A stretch of DNA of 64,000 nucleotides from Marsupella aquatica. Taxonomy: Eukaryota; Plantae; Marchantiophyta. The stretch lies in contig OZ316896.1 in the NCBI GenBank assembly GCA_973895155.1, forward strand, positions 13,573,469-13,637,468, written 5' to 3'. How positions within the stretch are numbered: the first letter of the stretch is position 1; every line of letters starts with the position of its first letter. A program made the position numbers and the translations under genes. The notes below the pieces were generated by a model. That model searched no databases. It had not been told where the DNA came from and saw only the letters and a list, made by a program, of their open reading frames with translations. Positions 60,479 to 64,000 of this stretch are shown here, one piece after another.

Positions 60479-63400
60479 TTTTTTTCCTGAAAGGAGTACT
60501 TTACTTACGAAACAAGTAAAGCCCGGTAAAAAACGGGAGTAAAACGGCCAGACCACAGGCGGTCAAAGGCCAAAAGTCACCCAGAGCCAAGACACATCCT
60601 GACACAGGGACAGGGATAAAAAAGAACATGAGCGAAAAGTAAACAAGGCGTTACTCACCCTAAAATAGGACTATCAAAACAAAACGGCAAATTTGAGGGC
60701 AAACTCAACCCTGAAAATAGTGAGAGAACTAGCGTGAACTAAGAACTGAACAACCGAAATCAAAATAAAAATCCAAAAGGATTTAACCATCTGCACAAGA
60801 AAAAAATCAAAATCTACTCCTAACCCCCAAGGCCACTCAACAAAAGAACAAGTGGCCAAGTGGAACTGAGTAAACTACTTCACGGGGGATGAAAGATCCA
60901 TAGTGGTCAAACATCCGCAACAAGATCATCATTACAAATTCTGTACAGCCCACCATTTCTACCAAAATCTCAACTGAACTGGCCCACCAATTCCTGCTGA
61001 TTTCTTCCAGAGATAAGGATCTTAGCAAAACCACGTTTCCAGGCAATCCTCATATGAAGACATAGTTCTGACCAAATTTTACACTTAATCCCCTCCACAT
61101 GAATCTTCACCTCAGCCTTTTCCAATGAACAACGGGCTTTCCAGATTTGTCATAAAGTAATACCTCTGACAATTTCCCACAATTTAGAAGGAAAGTTCAC
61201 CATCCCACCGACCAATGGAGCTCCCAGTAGCACATGAACAACACCAAAAAGGAGATTACTGAAGTTAGCACCAGCTAACAGTAAAAGAGAACTACACCAT
61301 CCAATTCTAAAGAATAACCGATTTTGGGCATGACCACAGACAGTGGAGAATATCTTCATGTCTTTGCAGATCACATCTCTGACACCACCAAGCTTCATCC
61401 AATCTGGAAAATGGGATAATGCATCCATTTTCATCCTTCCGTTGGGATCTTCTACCAATGTAGTGCTTGGTAGCAAACAATCGATGTACAATTTGCCATA
61501 AGAAATGATTAACCTTCTCCTCCCGAAAAGATATCCACACATGATTCCAAATCACCCTATCCTCTGGAACACCTCTAAGATCCATCCTCCACTTCTTAAT
61601 ACCCACCACTGCCACCGACTGTCTCTGCTGTAACATTCTTTGTAGGTTAGCCGTAGTAGAATGAAAAAAATTCTTCCCATCTTTCCACTGAAATCTAAAT
61701 GAATTCCCGAAATCAAAAGTGAACTGCAACCCCTTTTTTGTGAGACTTCCAGTTACTTGTTAATATTACCAGTGATCAACCTGAAAATTCTATCACCCGA
61801 GATTGGCACAAGGGCAACCATCTGGATACAACCATTCTGAATGACAAACGTACAAACTTGCATCCCTTGAATCTCCTCCAGACTCCAACTATCTTGCACT
61901 AAGCTATACAGTATCAATATTTCCCACACAAGATTTCCTTCGAGTATCGGATCTTGAGAGACCAAAAGCTTCTTAGCAGAATCAGAAAACCCAGAGTGAC
62001 CTCAGGATGCTTAAAATTATTCACCACAACCTGTAGCGATCTCTTAAGTCTCTCCGGCCTAGAGCAAACCCGAACTGCTCCCATCCACAAGGAGCAAAAT
62101 TATCTCCCAAAATAACCCTGCAACAGCACATTCCCTTATTTCTCAGAAATTGATGTGGCGTTGAATTAAATCCTACCAGCTTCAAGTCAACATGGTTGAG
62201 TGAAGGAGATCATAAAGGCTGAGCCAACACCTCATGCCCATTCTCTGGTACAGAGAAGACAAGATTTTCCTTCAATGTATTCCAGAATTTACAGATGTTT
62301 GACCAAATATCAGAACCTTCAGTTGGTAATGAATGATATCTATTAAAGACCCAAGCATAGTCTTCTGAACCCCCTTTGTGCGAGGATAGCTTGCGAATTC
62401 TAGTCCTCAATAGCACTTGAAGTGGATGATTACCATTCATCATAGCAAACTGTATAAATCTAGCAGCCAGCGCCATTACCTGATCTTCATAAAGGAAATC
62501 ATACCAATCCCCCCTTCCTTTTTAGGCAACACCAAAATTTGGAAATTGATTTTGTGCCTTGCCGAAACCTCTTGGCCTGCCCATAAAAATTCAATAAGAA
62601 TCATCTTAATCTCATGTAAATCAGAAGCGGAACCACTCCATGATAGAGTAAGGATGTACCATAGTGAACCCATTAGAAAGAAAAGAAGTGAGGACCCCAA
62701 GGGGAGAAATAGGACAACCCTGTCTTACAGAGTGAGTCACTGTGAATGCTGGAGTAACTCTGCCATTTAGCATGATAGTAGAGGAAGCATTAGTAGTTAT
62801 TGCTCCAAAAAATTTGATGAAGGATGCTCAGAACCCCAGTTTATCCAGCATGCGCTCAATAAAAATCCACTCCACACTATCAAATGGTTTAATCACATCG
62901 AGTTTTAAGCACACATACGGATCTTCCTCTAGCATCGCCTGAGTAACCAATTCATTGGTTAGCAGCACCGTATGATGAATCGATCTCCCTGGGAGATAAG
63001 CATATTGTTGATCAGAGATAATTCTCATCAAGATCTTCAATAATCTCAATTGATAGGTTTTCGTACCAACCTTATAACTAACAGTGAGGAGAGAATAGGG
63101 CGTTTATTCTCGATTTTTAACTCTCCCCTTTCTTGGGAAGTAAGACAATGATTCCCTTAAGAAAACTATGACTGAATCTTTCGGTCTCGATCGATGCCAT
63201 AGTTGAGAGCCGCCAACAAAAGTGGACCAGCTTCCATCCAAAAAGCAATAAAGAACTCCGTTGGCACTCCATAATGCCCCGGAGCTTTGTTTTTCCCTAG
63301 AGCTTTCGTTGCTTCCAAAATTTCCAGAAGTGTAAGTGGGGCATTTAGAGCCAATTGTTCTTCCTCCGATATGCCACATTTCACATTTTTCAATACCAGA

Positions 63401-64000
63401 TCCAATTCAGCTTCCCAAGGTTGCAATTTAGAAGAGAGCAACAAAGAAAAAATTCGATAGCAATCTTGGACATATCTTCCTAATCATGTTGGACAACCTG
63501 ATCCTCATCATATAATCCCTTAACTTCCGATTCCACCGAGTTAGCCTTAAAAGAGTTGAACTGTATTTTAGAACACCTATCTCCCATCTGAATCCACTTC
63601 ACACGACGGGCTTCTTGTAACCACTTTAATTTTCCCTCTTCAAACACCTTGAGCAGTGTAGTACAGTTTGCTAGCTTAGATTGCAAAACCAGATTTTGTA
63701 GTGATCCTTCTACCTCCGATTGAGCAAACGACAGATTCTGTTTCAATTCTTCTAATTGCCATCCTTTAGCCATCGCCATACGCTTACCCCAAGCACGATC
63801 CAGATTAGTAGCTTTTGTGAGGCAACATTCCAACTCTTTATCTGGTGGGACTTTTTTCCGTAACGATCTGTGAGCTTCAGCTGTAAACAACTCAACCATG
63901 CTTTGTCAATAACTGACATCCGTAAAATGAGCCGTGTTCATCTTGAACCTGGAAGGAAAAATACAGCGACCTCTAGCCGTGCAAACAATACTAAGCGGAT
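60479..64000 (-). mobile_element. Older, heavily disrupted L1-clade LINE running off the window end
   Basis: Fragments KAPGHYGVPTEFF, QQYAYLPGRSIHH, KLDVIKPFD, PKKEGGIG, NHFLWQIVHR and WCQRC..EDILHCLWSC are colinear with the LINE at 49563-53510. The YADD region appears deleted. The 3' boundary (T-run near 60479) is approximate. Confidence 0.88.

Overview
Eukaryotic nuclear DNA with GT-AG introns, L1-type LINEs and an iMet-primed TRIM. It is most consistent with a non-seed land plant, probably a liverwort (inference from the alpha/beta-hydrolase plus NB-ARC content and gene style). Apparently intact genes: the 3' part of ALG12 (+), a three-exon BTB protein whose BTB domain is split by about 650 aa of Pro-rich and tandem-repeat sequence (-), a tandem-rhodanese protein (-), a two-exon secreted 8-Cys peptide missed by the ORF track (+) and NDUFAF6 (-). 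Between them is a decaying immune-type locus present as two paralogues. Copy A reads ankyrin, PGG transmembrane domain, NB-ARC, then alpha/beta-hydrolase on one strand. Copy B is ankyrin-PGG plus repeated mini exon/intron modules. Copy A is interrupted by a 424-bp miniature LTR retroelement whose 137-bp LTRs each contain a full tRNA-like cloverleaf with Pol III A and B boxes; it has a PBS, a PPT and a 5-bp TSD, and the empty site is visible in copy B. Also present: a 5'-truncated LINE with a 17-bp TSD, a second decayed LINE, a GC-rich MITE-like element, an RPA-like fragment and many short tandem duplications. All calls come from manual reading; no database search was run.
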